Under the pieces are notes generated by a model. It saw only the letters and a list, made by a program, of their open reading frames with translations, searched no databases and was not told the DNA's origin. Made by a program: the position numbers and the translations under genes. A stretch of 64,000 bases of DNA from Octopus sinensis. Taxonomy: Eukaryota. Below are positions 1 to 13,812 of this stretch, piece by piece (position 1 is the stretch's first letter; each line of letters opens with the position of its first letter). The DNA lies in assembly GCF_006345805.1 (NCBI RefSeq), contig NC_042997.1, forward strand, positions 20,088,001 through 20,152,000, read 5' to 3'.

Positions 1-145
1 CCAGTACTTACCACGTGCTTATTATTATACTCTGGAAGGATGGTAGGTAAAGACAGCCTAGAGGATTTGAACTCAAAACATTAAGAGGCATGACCAAATA
101 CTGTGAGACTTTTCATCTGGTATGCTACAAATTATGCAATCCGCT
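1..145 (-). mobile_element. Degenerate SINE family B copy (window edge)
   Basis: Resembles the reverse complement of family B head and body (ggatttgaactcaaaac; ccagtactt...ggaaggatg). Confidence 0.45.
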
Positions 146-3100
146 GATAAAAATAACACAAATAGTACTGTACTTGATGGCATATAAGACACAATTTTTT
201 TCCCCAAATATTTTAAGGAATAACCATGGGTGCTTTATGTGAAGTTGAACCTATGTTACTTGTTTTAAGGCACTAAAATTTTTTCCCTGAATATGTGCTG
301 CTGAAATTGAAATGTGTCTAATATGGTCATATGTTTTTTATGCCACCAAATATGGTAATTTCCTATTTCAACAGGAGAAAGTTATTTGTGAAGGAGAAGG
401 AGGAAGAGTGTTGTTGATTGGATATACATCAATATATGACTGTCTCCCAATCCTCTGAGGTCAATGAAATAAATACCAAAGTTAATATGGTATTTGAACT
501 TTTCCATCATTAATTCCATTGTGTTACATTCTGACTTCAGTGCTGTATGATTTCTTCCACCCTTTTGCCACCAGTAACCATAATTGATGTTTGATATCTT
601 TTTAACCATAACATCATGATTTGGACAGTATTATCATAAAGCATAATACCAATAACAACAATAAACTAGTGGAGAAGCAAACTTGAGAAATAGCAGCCAA
701 TTCTCTCTCAAATCATAATCTATTAGCTATATAAAAAAAAGGGCGCATTGAGTCATGAGGCCTGAAATAAGTTTGAAAAGACAGGCTGGTTATGGCTAAA
801 ACACTTGTGATAATAAGTCTGCTCTCTCAGAGCTGACCAATAAGACCAATAATATTTTTCTCTGACATTGGTACAATACCATAAAATTTGAAGGATATGG
901 TGTGGTCTGTTTAATTGGTTCTATGTATTTGATGAGTACTTTATTTGATCAAATTCTGAAGAATGAAAAGCAAAGTGGACATCAGCAGAACGTGAAATTT
1001 GGACTTAAATGCCTTTAGACAACTTGTCTCATTTTCAGAAAACTCGACCAGAAGTGTAAACTGCCTGGGAATACTTATAATGTTTAGTTAAAAATACATA
1101 TATGATGTACATATGAATTTTAAGTTAGAAGTTTCAAGAAAACAGCTAACTGGCTGATAAAGTACATGTCACTGTTGCTTAAAACAGAAATGCTAAAACT
1201 AGAGAATAATTATGTCTCTAACCCTACCAGTAATTAGGTAAAACTATAAACATGGGGACTAAACCTTTGTGGTATTAGAAAAACAAGAGGGCACAGAAGC
1301 AGGGTCTGGATTCAAGAAGTGACTGTTAGTTGACTGAGAAAGCTTAGAACGTCACTAAAAAAATAAATAAATGAAATTCGACTTGGTAACATGTTTTGAA
1401 CACATAAACTGATAAAACTAAACATTATAATGCATCTAACTAACTGCATGCATAGCAATATAGAAGACTATTAATGCTAACAATAAATGTTATATTGAAT
1501 AGATTAGAAGGATATCAAGGAACAGTTCAATATTTGCTTAAAAGTAGGACTGAAATTTGAGACTGAAGATAGTTATGCAAGATCAAAGCTTTCAGAATAG
1601 GAATTACTAAAAACAATAAATAATGAAACAACTTCAAAACAGAAAAAACAAATCACTCCAGAAAATGTTATACAGATAATCAATGCCGTTGTTTCTGAAC
1701 TTCTGAGAGGGAGCTATAACTGAATATATAAACAAAGTGTTAGAAGTTTTTGACATAGGAAACCTTTCCGATAGAACCAAATCGATAAAGAAAATAGGTA
1801 ATGTACATATATAGCACTTTAGTCTCTCTCTGTCTGTCTGTCTTTCTCTCTGTCTCTCTCTTTCTATGTCTCTCTCTCTCTCCCTCTCTCTCTCTCTCAC
1901 ACACTCACTCACGTTTACCTGACAAAGTCAACATATTTTAGGCATGTCAATTCATATTAACAGGGAAATAATAGCAAACTCTACTGACATCAGTATTCTG
2001 AACTACATTTCAATTGCTCCAAGTCAAAATATTTTCCTATAAAACTATATAAATGAACAAAAAGTTTATGAATTCAGAGACTCAAAATTTGAACATGGAG
2101 ATTAGAAGCAGAAGCAATCTCTATTATAATAGGGATGATGAAATTAATAAAAAGAAAAAAAAGCATGCAGACAAAGAAAATCTTTATATAAACAAGACAT
2201 CAGGACATGAACATTAAAACGAATAGCATGGCTGGTTCCTACATCTATTAGTTTAATTAAAAAGAAAAAAATGATAAAATCTGCATACAACCGAGCCATA
2301 AAGTGCTGAACCTAATTATTCAATAAAAGCAAGCAGGAATTATAACAATACCAAAAAGCAGTAATAATAATGATTTCTATATATTAATAGCAATGATAAA
2401 ATTGGAAGAAATTTAAATTGTGGGTTGTGAGTCCAAAAGTTTCTGTTGTTCTTCTTTTCATTAATACTGGAATCTATCTCTGGCAACTGGTAATAAATCA
2501 TCACTGAACATCACCACTACCACCACAAAAGCCTTATAATTAAAGCACAGTCATACATCAGAATCGGGTGTTTGGTGGGAATTAAATTATGTTAGTTTTA
2601 GTTGGTAGTTTACTTAAGAAAAGATGTTTATATCCTATAGTTATAAGCTTCAATTGATGTGTGTTTATCAGAAATATTCCAATGCAAAATATTTCAGCCA
2701 CATTTTCTTCCAAGTTGAATTTATTGTCATATGCTAAGGGCAACTTTGCTCATATGAAAATAATTTTTGTTTATAATGCCTTACTCATATTCCATCTGCT
2801 CTTTTCCCATTTTTATCTATCTAAGTATCAGCTGTGTGTAAGGGCATCACTAAGGGATTTGTTATGCCTTCTTTAACTGTAACATGTTTAGGTACAAAGA
2901 GAACCTATTTGTATTTATGAGTGGAAGAAAGAGAAATGCATTTGTGACCCGTATGCATTATTATGCCATACAAATACTACTAACCATATTGCTAAACAAA
3001 TATGTACAAATCTGCAACTTCTTGCGGCTCATAAAAATTATTATTTAGAAAAAATGCACTAATTTCTAATCAGTACAGAGCTATATATATAAAACAAGCT

Positions 3101-3611
3101 TTATAAATAAGATAATATCTTTTGTATGAAAAATGAAAACAATAAATACAAATTAAGAATGATGATAATTTCAGATTTACAAGTGAAAATTAAAAAAACA
3201 AAATGTGTAGTTTAAACAGTTTGTATTGCAATTTAAACAATGCACACATAGATGATTATAATTGCACTGATACAGTGTTATATATTTCAAAGAGAAACAA
3301 ATTCTTCAAATTATGGATAAGTAATGAAAGCTAAGAAACATGAAAGAAAATTAGTAGAATTCAAATATTGCTAATGAAAGAAAACAGCAATACCTGTTGA
3401 GAAAAGCAGTACATTATAGATTAGAGATAAGAAACAGAAAGAAAATGTTTCAAATATAATGAATATTTCTTTAACTGAACATCAAAATTTAAATGTATTT
3501 AAGATACATTCGAATTTTTGAAAATTAGCTAATAATTATGTTTGGACTCCTTCAACTAAAAATTATTATAACCTGTTTATTAGCAGAGTAGTGTGCAACT
3601 TAAAGCTCTTT

Positions 3612-4072
3612 ATAATAATAATAATAATGAAATTATTGTATACAGTGCTCAGGTGCACCACAACTTGCCAAAAGTGCATATAAAGCATATGCAGTAATGC
3701 ACAAATGTCTGGGAAGTGAACAGTGTATGAATCAGATACATGCTTGCGTGTGTATGGAGGGAAGAAAATCAGGTGTAGTGTTGGTGAATCTCAGGAAGCA
3801 TGGAAGTTTTGAAGGATGCAGTGCTCCAACAACTAACAACTGATGCCAGCAGTTTGTTCCATGCTTCAGCAACTCTTAGCGTGAAAAAGATGTTTCTGAA
3901 AGTCATGGGAGCTGTGCTGTTTTCTGACTTTGTAAACATGTCCATGAGTGTTAGACAGGTGAAGTTTGAAAAGGTACTCAGAGTTATTGTTAGTAAGATG
4001 GTTAATAATTTTATTGGTGTCTGCCAAGTCAGCTGCCAGACATCGGAGTTTCAATGTATCCATGACCAGTTC
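3612..4072 (-). mobile_element. CR1/L2-clade LINE 3' end (ORF2 C-terminus, 3'UTR, (ATT)n tail)
   Basis: Minus strand reads MDTLKLRCLAADL..KIINHL..LFKLHLSNTHGHVYKVRK..HDFQKH, then after a frameshift LRVAEAWNKL..VVSC.STASFK. This fits the CR1 ORF2 terminus (L..RR...DL...KI; TRGH; FF..RV...WN.LP). It ends in attattattat at 3612. Confidence 0.8.
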
Positions 4073-5280
4073 AATTTCTTTGACCTCATGATTCACAGAA
4101 AAAGTAGAGTTTCTTATATTCTTTGATCTCAGGACTAAATGTACTGATCTGACAACCTTTGAAATTGCTGCTTTGAATCATGAGTGTTTAATTCATTTCC
4201 ATGAATCAAAGATGCAAAATAACAGCTAAATAATGCTGTCCCGTTTATTTTATAGATTCTTGCAGAAAACTGGTTGAATTTTCTTAGGTATGACTCAAGC
4301 AAATATCTTTTACTTCCGTGCTCACTTAAGCAACATTTTAAAATAAGCTTGAATCCCACCCAAGTAATTTTCATGTTTTGCTTTCATTTAATTTTGTTTG
4401 TTTCCACATTTTCAACTCTGTATTTGAAAGATTTCAAAAACATAATGTAGTTCTCCTTAGTATGTCACAACCCAAGCAATTGTAGCTATCGTTTTATAAT
4501 AGAAGAGGATTAATATCTGATCACCACCAAGAAGATTTAGACACAGAAACTTACTTTGAATAAGATTGCTAAATTATAACCATTTAATTCTTATATAGCC
4601 TGACCCATGCAAGCATGGAAAAATGGACAGTAAAACAGTAATGATGATTTTGCTTTTTTATAATAAATTATATTTTGTTATTTTGGAAATTCTCCAATTT
4701 ATGAATCCTATGTGCACATATAGTAGTCTGTACTTGCTTGTTTTAAACAATATTTATAAAATATAATCAGTAGATTTTTTTTTCTTTGTCTGTGCATAAT
4801 GTTTCTATTTTCAGAAATCTCCATTCATTAATTCACTGCAGGATATTTCTAGGATTTTCATTTACTTTTTAAAGAGTTTAAGTTTGGACTAATTTCATTG
4901 TCAGCAAAAAGTATTAATTTAACATAATGTATGATCACCTTGTGAATGTGTGCTTGAAAAGAAAAGTTTAAAAGTCTAAGTTAAGAAATGTTAGATTATA
5001 AAAATGTTTTCTGTTCAGACATACTGATGGAATTATTTTCTGTCTTTTAGTCTTAACCATTGTATCATCCTTTGCACTCACCATGAGCATGGTTAAGTTC
5101 TTTGAAATTTCTAGGCTAAATTTCAATATTGGCCAAAATATAACCTACTCCAAACAAATAACCAAGAATAGTCTTTTAATACAGCAAAACTTTAAGAAAT
5201 TGTGAATTTTCTTGATGAAATGTATTCTTTACTTCACCACACAAAGATTGCTATATACATAGTAACCTTATCATCAGTAC

Positions 5281-5323
5281 CTGTTCAATAGGCTACAGTC
5301 TCCAGCTATGTGATTGTGTTGGC
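5281..5323 (-). CDS. Weak candidate exon (xQHNHIAGDCSLLNx)
   Basis: Acceptor ttccttatagcatctatttacag, donor gtactg, one open frame; no protein recognised. Confidence 0.15.
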
Positions 5324-5901
5324 CTGTAAATAGATGCTATAAGGAATAAAGAAAAAGTAGTATGAAATAGCTTTAACAAGAAGCAGAAAAATTTTTTTAA
5401 ATGAAATGAAAAGTAGTAGAATATAATACCCCCCCCCACACACACACACACAAACGTGAGTGTGTGTGTGTGTGTGTGTGTAAAGAAAATAAATAACATC
5501 AGGAATTGTAAAAGTCAAAGTTCAAAAAAGGAAGCCAAAATTTGTTACTAGATGGCTTGTGATATCTGTGACGTAGATGTGACAGCAAGAATGGTGAGGA
5601 AATTTGTTTTGAAATCATGAGATACTGAGTTCGATCTCATTGTGAAGCATTTATTTTTACAAGAGTCTCGGGTTATTAGAAGCCTTGTTGGTGAAAAGGG
5701 ATAAACTGAAACTGTGGAAGCCCATCTTTTGGACTGCAGTTGAAAGGTTAATCCTTGCTAGACATGTGTATTATAGTAACTTAGCCTTAAGATCATGTCA
5801 AGAGGACACATACCTGCAAAATAAACAGCCACTAACACATTAATTTAATAAGTAAACAGTCCAATTGATTAAATGATTAAATGCACTTTAAACCACTAGA
5901 G

Positions 5902-6004
5902 CATCTATCTTCATTACCTATTCTGTTAACACTTTGATGTTGGCAATTTGACATCTATCTTCATTACCTATTCTGTTAACACTTTGATGTTGGCAATTTG
6001 ACAT
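5902..6004. repeat. Perfect 50-bp tandem duplication
   Basis: catctatcttcattacctattctgttaacactttgatgttggcaatttga occurs at 5902 and again at 5952. Confidence 0.95.
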
Positions 6005-6273
6005 GAATTTTAACATTTGATCTCTCTTCCAGTAAAAAGGCTCACATAAGTCAGTACATTCTTGTAGACAGGCTGACATTTCAGAGCAGTATGCTTTGAG
6101 TTTTGGGCAATTCTTTGTTAAACTCAATTGTCCGTAGGTTTATGAAACATTTTCAAAAATAAAAATGTTTGTCCTTGTTTTCATGGTTCATGCCTCAGTT
6201 TCACAGGTATTTCCATAGAGGAATTCTTCCTCCTCCTCCTCCTCCTCCCCCCCCCATCATCATCATCTTAACC

Positions 6274-6318
<45 letters not shown>

Positions 6319-6329
6319 GTCTATGAAAA

Positions 6330-6950
6330 CAGTGAGCTGACAGAATTGTTAGAACATTGGTATAAAGGTATAAATGTTTTGTAACATTTGCTGCAACAGC
6401 TTAGATGTTAAGTACAAATTCTGCGGAGGTTATCTTCACCCTTCACCCTTCACATTCTCAGTATTGGTAAAATAAAGTATCAGTGAAGTATTTGGAGTTG
6501 ATATTATCAATTAACCCTTTCTCTTCAAATTTGTTTTTATCTTTGTGCTTTATTCAGAAATCGTTATTTCTATTAAGAGAGTCCAAATTCTGCTAGGGTT
6601 GACTTTATATTTCATTCTTTTGGGGTCAGTAAAATAAGTACCAGTTGAGCAAGGGGATCATTGTAATCGATTAGCTCCCCTCTCCCAAATTTCAGGTCTT
6701 GTGCCTATAGTAGAAAAAAGCATTGTTGTTGTTACTGCTGTTCTTTCTATTGTTGGCACAAGACCAGAAATTTTGGAGGAGTTAATTGATTAAATCAGTC
6801 CTTGTACTTGACTGATACACTGTTTTATTGATCCTAGAGAGAAGAAAGGCAAAGTTGAACAGAGGGATTTGAATTGAGAATGTAAAAGTGTCAGAAGAAA
6901 TATCATGTGGTATTTTATCTGAAGCTAATAAGCTGCTAAATATGAATTTT
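6330..6950. mobile_element. Cluster of three old family B SINE copies (two +, one -)
   Basis: Decayed matches to caaattc..ggtcgactttgcctttcatcctttcggggtcgataaaataagtaccag at about 6410, 6585 and, reversed, 6800-6870. Confidence 0.55.
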
Positions 6951-6989
6951 ACATAAAGGTTTCTATTTTAGTCATTATCATCATCAAGG

Positions 6990-7225
6990 TTCTTATTTCT
7001 TTATTGCCCACAGCGGGATATACATAGAGGAGACAAACAAGGACAGACAAAGGGATTAAGTCGATTACATCGACCCCAGTGCATAACTGGCACTTAATCT
7101 ATCGACCCCAAAAGGATGATAGGCAATGTCGACCTCAGCAGAATTTGAACTCAGAACGTAATGGCAGACAAAATACCGCTAAGCATTTTGCCTAGCCTGC
7201 TAACGTTTCTACCAGCTCGCCACCT
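6990..7225 (-). mobile_element. tRNA-derived SINE family B, full length
   Basis: Reverse complement of 13258-13495. The head ggtggcgagctggcagaaacgttag..gagttcaaattc has A/B-box-like motifs; atcatcaag flanks both sides. Confidence 0.85.
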
Positions 7226-10069
7226 TATCATCAAGATTCTAACACCAATTTTTCCATTCCTCCATAGATCATACAGAATTCAATGAGGAAGAATTTTCTA
7301 CAGTTGGATGTCCTTCATGTTGCCAACCCACACTTGTTTCCAAACAAAATAATATTTCTCTGCTGCTGTATATGGATTCATTTTTTTGATGTGTACTTAT
7401 CTAAGGTTTGGAAGCCTTATCTAAGGCCTTCACTACTTTATTTGATAAGTTTGAAACAACTTCTAAGATTTCTCTGTCAGAATTCCTCAATTATTTTTTT
7501 CTCAGGTTATAGACCAATCAGCTAAGTCTAAATTAGTGTGTTTCACAAATATTTCACATTTTTATATATTTCTGGCACATTACATATAAACATTGTTTTC
7601 CATAGATGTGCCTTCTCTACCATTAAGTAACACTTGTGGGGAAAAAGATACTATCATCATTACCACCACCATTATCGTTTTATGCCTGTTTTCCCCATGC
7701 AGGTATGGATTAGAGTTTTTCTTCTGAAGTAGTGTTAATTATCTGGATTTCCTTTCTGCTGCCAACCCTTTTATGTTCCTCTTACAATATACAGGAACCA
7801 AGGACACAGTGTCCCTTTTCCAGAACTGGAGTGCATACGGTATATGCCATATAGGTTTCAAATATTTGTTTAAGATGATGGTGTACCTATACTTTTGGAA
7901 AACGGTTGTGTTGCAGTCTCGTAATCCATGTTGGTGTAGAAGTAAAGGCATAAAAAAAATGAAGGTGGTGATTATACATATCAACAGAAGGAGACGGCTT
8001 TATAAAATTACATGATCCAAGATGTTAGCATAGAAAAAAGATAAACTAAAACGTATTTTTATACAGTAATATATAAAAAAAGAAAAAAGAAAGAAAAGTA
8101 TTTTTTAAAAAATCAAATTCAAAAACTTTTCTTAAACATTTTTTAGACTTTGTTGATATCCAATATTTTCAGTACATTTCATGAAAAAGTTGAAATACAT
8201 GTGAAATTGTTATTTTCTTTCAAGATAATCCATCTGATAAAGTTATTTTTATAGTATGCAGCAATACACATAAATTGTTATAAAGTGTTTTGAAGTTCAG
8301 TTATATTTCCACCAAGTAACTTTTCAGACTTCTATCACAATTGTTTTTGTTAATTTCCTCATTATTGATTATTATCCTTGTAGACATCCATTTTATAAAA
8401 ATATTTCTTAATGTTTACAGAAGATGTGTATATATAAATATGGCAAGAAACCAAACCATATTATTGTGTATCCAAAACATAAATAGAAATAACTACATTA
8501 AAATCAAAACAAAATAGATATATCAAGAAATCAATGTCTCGTATCTAACAGTTCTACAATGATAGTGCATACAATGTCAATATATTGATAATAATGCGGC
8601 ATTATGTTGTGCTTGACTATCAACAGAACAGCATACATGCAATGCTGCAAGTCATTCTATCAATAGATTTCACCAAAGAAATTAATATTTATATGCAGTA
8701 ATCTAAAAAGAAGATAAACAAAACCTGTTAAACAGCATCAATAAACTACCATAAAACAAAATAATTGTATCCTTTCATATTTTAGCATAATTCTGTCAAT
8801 ATCTAGTTCATTTCATAAATCAAATGTTATATATAGAATTGAAAAGCTTGCTCAAAACTTCCAGAAACTACACTTTTTCTAAATGAAAATGATATGAAAA
8901 TGGAAATGAATATCTTACATTCATCATCATCATGGTCATCAATGGCACCATTGTATCATTTGATTCTCCATGCTAACATGGCTTGGTCTTATATACAGTA
9001 TATCATCACGCACCTTGGTCCTTTGTGATCTCATTGTTAAGACTAGTATTGTGAGAAATGACCTCAAAAACTAAATTTGCAAAATTTTCTATAATATTAT
9101 GCAACATGTTATGTAACAAAGTTATAAATTTTCTTTTATTTAACGTCAGAATTATTCAGTTTCATTTTGATAAACATTGTTTATTTTTGAAAGTTAAAGT
9201 TAAAATATCTTTAAAACTCTTGTGATCATTGTGTACACGTTTTTATATTCTTTAATTCACAAAGTTATCAAAATGCACATAGTATTTCAAGTTATTAGAA
9301 GTATCAATAACATTATTTTAGCTTGTTGAAAAACATTAGTTTACTAATACATTATGAAGTAATATATTTCAAGTTGACTACTGAATGCAATATAAGTAAC
9401 AAAAATGTATTCTATACTATATTTTCTGGGAAGTATTTAAACAAAAATTCATCTGCAAATATGTGTAAATACAGTCGCCTATCTCTTCCTGATTTTTATT
9501 AAACACATTGAACATACAACAGATAAAATTTAGAGACATTTCAGGGAACAAAAAAAAAATCAAGTGTACAAATTGTCCATAGATAAGTGAAACTGCCTAG
9601 AGCAACCGAAATTTCGGTTGACTTCACAAAATATCTTTAATGGATGTTAGTTTTATTCAGTGACACATTCATTTTCTTTCTATTGAATAGCACAATCTTG
9701 ATACGATGTAATATAAGGAAACAGAAAAAGACTCTTTCAATAAGCAGACAGAACAATAAAATCGCTAAGGAAATTGTTATTTGACAAAGTGACTCATAGA
9801 GTGAGGTGTTATGTTAATGGGCATTCTAACACAACACATGGCTATGACTAATCAAAACAGGAACCATGTGATTTGAAGGAAATTCACTATTAGCAAAAAT
9901 ATTTTGATGCTAAATAATATGGAGTGTAGAAGTATTGGTCAAGAAAAAAGTATTCAGAGAAATACAGTTTTATTTCAATATCTTTTTACTTAGGGCCAAA
10001 ATGATCATAATGCTTTATCTGCGGATTGATTTATATATCTGGTTCTAATACAATCTGTCAGTCTATCAT

Positions 10070-10325
10070 GATGATCATCATCATCGTTTAGCATCCGTTT
10101 TCCGTGCTAGCACGGGTTGGACGGTTTGACCGGGGTCCAGAAAGCCAGGAGACTGAACCAGGCTCCAGTCTGATCTGACAGAGTTTCTACAGCTGGATGC
10201 ACTTCCTAACGCCAACCACTCCATGAGTGTAGTGGGTGCTTTTTACATGCCACCGGCACAGGTGCTAGGGGAGGCTGGCAACGGCCATGATCGGTTGGTG
10301 CTTTTTATGTGTCACCAGCAAAAAC
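10070..10325 (-). mobile_element. Family C: RTE-type 3' end with (ATG)n tail
   Basis: Shared body gagtggttggcgttaggaagggcatccagctgtagaaac..catgctagcatggaaa..gacgttaaacgatgatg; about 10 copies in the window. Confidence 0.8.
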
Positions 10326-10814
10326 CTAAATCTGATCGAAACCCAACTTTACAATGTAGATATTTAACTCAAAGTATATTTCTCTGCAACTTTGCTTTCA
10401 GCTGAATTTTTTCTTATTTTATCTATTTATTTATCTATTTATTTATTTGCTTAATTCTCTATAGCCAAATCACTTATCATAATTTTAATAAAAAATTCTT
10501 TATTCATAAAGAAACATTGCTAAAATAAGTTTTGTGTTTTGTCATTTTCATGTATGAATCTACATGTTTTATGAAGTGGATAAGTATTTCATAGAAATGT
10601 TTTTAAAAAAATCATGCAAAATAATTTATTAGATATCAGTGATATTCATACTCCAGAGTTGTATTGGCGTATACAATGTATATTGATAAAGCTGCCATTA
10701 GAATTTATAAGTATTATGATGTATGAAGATTTGATTTAATTCATCTTAAGCAGTTTAATCTCAGCTGACAAATACATCTGAAAATCTTTCAAAACAATAA
10801 GCAAACTTGAATAT

Positions 10815-11031
10815 AGGCATAGGAGTTGCAGTGTGGTAAGTAGCTTGCTTACCAACCACATGGTTCCGGGTTCCATCCCCCTGCATGGCACCTTAGGCAA
10901 GTGTCTTCTACTAAAGCCTCGGGTCGACAAAAGCCTTGTGAGTGGATCTGGTAGATGGAAACTGAAAGAAACCCGTTGTATATATGTATATATATATATA
11001 TATGCATACATATATATATATATATGCATTC

Positions 11032-11086
<55 letters not shown>

Positions 11087-11301
11087 AAGTGTATATGTTT
11101 GTGTCTGTGTTTGTCCCCCCAACATCGCTTGACAGCCGATGCTGGTGTGTTTATATCCCCATAACTTAGCATTTTGGCAAAAGTGACTGATAGAATAAGT
11201 ACTAGGCTTACAAAGAATAAGTCATGGGGTCGATTGGCTCGACTAAAGGCAGTGCTCTAGCATGGCCACAGTCAAATGCCTGAAACAAGTAAAAGAGTAA
11301 A
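10815..11301 (+). mobile_element. tRNA-derived SINE family A with internal (TA)n/(TG)n
   Basis: Head ggctgtgtggtaag..ggttccgggttcagtccc, CORE-like cttgggcaagtgtctt, tail gactgaaacaagtaaaagag; more than 12 copies in the window. Confidence 0.85.
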
Positions 11302-11884
11302 AAATATTATTACAGTTTGTATTTTAATAATCATACTTTTGTGATTTGACTTCTGATTAAAAAAAAAAGAGGCTCATTGCTGTAACATTGCTAATATAAA
11401 AAAATAATACTAAATTACTTTTAAGCTTAAGTTCACCTAGTCTGTGAAGTTGTTTTACTGCAATACTATCTTAATATTTTGCTTGTTAATATCTTGTGTT
11501 TTTTTAAAAATGCAACAATAATTAAGTAAAATAATAGTTATCGCCATACTAATATGGCATTCTTATAAAAATAAGAATAAAGCTGTCCGCTTATTAGCTC
11601 CATGAGGCCATCGCCTTAAGTTAGCTATTTGATACACAAACTTAGTAATTTTAATATTTCTATTAATAATTAAGTAGTCCTAAATAAAAAAAAAACAATA
11701 CTTATTGGAGAGTAACACATACTCGTGTATAATGAACATCCCTGATCATAAGTTATGGAACCTTTCATTTATTAAACACACTGAGGTTTCTTTAGTATCA
11801 TCTCAAACAGTTGTATGTCATCACAGTGGTATCTATATCATAATGTATGTAAAAAGGAGTGTTTAGTTAATTCTTTTCTTTTAT

Positions 11885-12290
11885 TCTTTTACTTGTTTCA
11901 GTCCTTTGACTGCAGCCATGCTGGAGCACCGCCTTCAGTCGAGCAAATTGACCCCAGGACTTATTCTTTGGAAGCCTAGTACTTATTCTATTGGTCTATT
12001 TTGCCGAGCTGCTAAGTTACAGGGATGTAAACACACCAGCATCGGTTGTCAAGCGATGTTGGGGGGACAAACACAGATGCACAAACATATACACACACAC
12101 ACACATACATATATATACATATATACGATGGGCTTCTTTCAGTTTCCATTTACCAAATCCACTCACAAGGCTTTGCTCGGCCTGAAGCTATAGTAGAAGA
12201 CACTTGGCTAAGGTGCCACGCAGTGGGACTAAACCCAGAACCATGTGGTTGGTAAGCAAGCTACTTACTACACAGCCACTCCTACGCCTA
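11885..12290 (-). mobile_element. SINE family A
   Basis: Reverse complement of the 10815-11301 and 47087-47497 copies. Confidence 0.85.
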
Positions 12291-12733
12291 TATTATAATT
12301 ACTGAATACAGTCATATTTGCATCATTACCAACTAAACCTGTTACAGTGAAAAAAATTAATGCATCATAAAAGTACAAAAAGCAAATTCAGAAGTGAACT
12401 TTAAACTTAACTGTCAGAGGCCATAAAAGTACAGCTGCTTTAAAGTCGATATTGTAGAAACAGCGCAGTCATGCTTTTTTTCTAGAACAATCAATTTAAT
12501 TTCGATAATGAAAGCATTTAAATAAGTTTATTTTTAATTTTATTTTTCAGTTTGTACAGTGATGTACACATGGTTGTGTTGGCTTAGAAGAGCAAACTAG
12601 TTATTGTTCACTACTGAAAGTAGAGATGCTCTTGTGTGTGGTGTGTGTGTGTGTGTATAAGTATGTATTTATTATATTTCGTTTTTGGATTTGGTTTGCA
12701 AGATTCTTTATATGAATTCGTGTGTTGAAGCAT

Positions 12734-13011
12734 ATTCTGTTGTGTTTGGGGAGAGTCATTCTTTTTTTGTGCCTTACAATTTAACACACTCACCGGTAAA
12801 ATTTACACTTATTTCTTATTTTTATTTTCCTAAACTTTTTGTTGCATCTTGCAGCCTTTTCAATTATATATATGTCAAGACTATTGAAAAGGTTGCAAGA
12901 CGCAACGAAAATTTTTTGAGAAAAAAAAAAGAAATAAGTGGAAATTTTACCGGTGAGTGTGTTACATTATAAGGCACAAAAAGAAAATGACTCTCCCCAG
13001 AACAACAGAAT
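12734..13011. mobile_element. Palindromic MITE-like element (about 130-bp arms)
   Basis: ttctgttgtgtttggggagagtcatt... is inverted relative to ...aatgactctccccagaacaacagaa. Solo arms occur at 50087-50232 and 57530-57669. Confidence 0.8.
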
Positions 13012-13257
13012 GTATTTATTAGTTTATTACATAATACAGTTATCACCCTTTTCATACTGTTATATCTTAGTAAATATGGTATGCATGTGCAGAGAAATTG
13101 AAGACTAATCTTGTATGCAAAAATAAAAGGAAACTACATAGCTGGTCAATGTTTAGGTGTTCTGAATCTCACTCTAGCACAAAAACAAAATCCAAACTTC
13201 AATCTATACTGCAGGTGAAGCAGAGAAATCTGCCTTATTTAGGCAGATTTCTTATTT

Positions 13258-13495
13258 AGGGTGGCGAGCTGGCAGAAACGTTAACACATCGGGTGAAATG
13301 CTTAGTGGTATTTTGTCTGCCATAACGTTCTGAGTTCAAATTTCGCCAAAGTCGACTTTGCCTTTTGTCCTTTCAGTGTCAATAAATTAAGTACAAGTTA
13401 CGCACTGGGGTTGATGTAATTGACTTAATCCATTTGTCTGTCCTTGTTTGTCCCCTCTATGTTTAGCCCCTTGTGGGCAATAAAGAAATAAGAAA
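13258..13495 (+). mobile_element. SINE family B, full length, with 17-bp flanking repeat
   Basis: agaaatctgccttattt at 13224-13240 and 13491-13507. Confidence 0.85.
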
Positions 13496-13812
13496 TCTGC
13501 CTTATTTTTTAACTTGGAAGATCAAATGATTGAATGGATGAAGAAATGTCTCTAGATGTTGGAAATCGCCAAATTTGAAGAATGCCTGACCATTTTAAGA
13601 TAAATGTTGGCTAGAGTCAGTGCTTTGTGGAGAGACATGAAGAGTCAGTTCCTTGCCAAACTCACGTAGTGCAAAAGCTGTCTGCAGATATCAAAAACAG
13701 GTTAGAGAAGTTTCAGTATTTCATTACCAAAGGAGAGAAACCCATGGAGTATAATCTGCAAGAAACTGGAATAGCAGATCAGAAACACCATCATCTTTAA
13801 CATTCACATTAT

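Noticed and set aside
382-609. 75-aa minus-strand ORF in GC-richer sequence
   Set aside because: No recognisable motif in any frame and no convincing splice sites.
13510-13790. GC-richer, coding-like stretch
   Set aside because: Stops in all frames and no family-defining motif; probably an old unclassified element.
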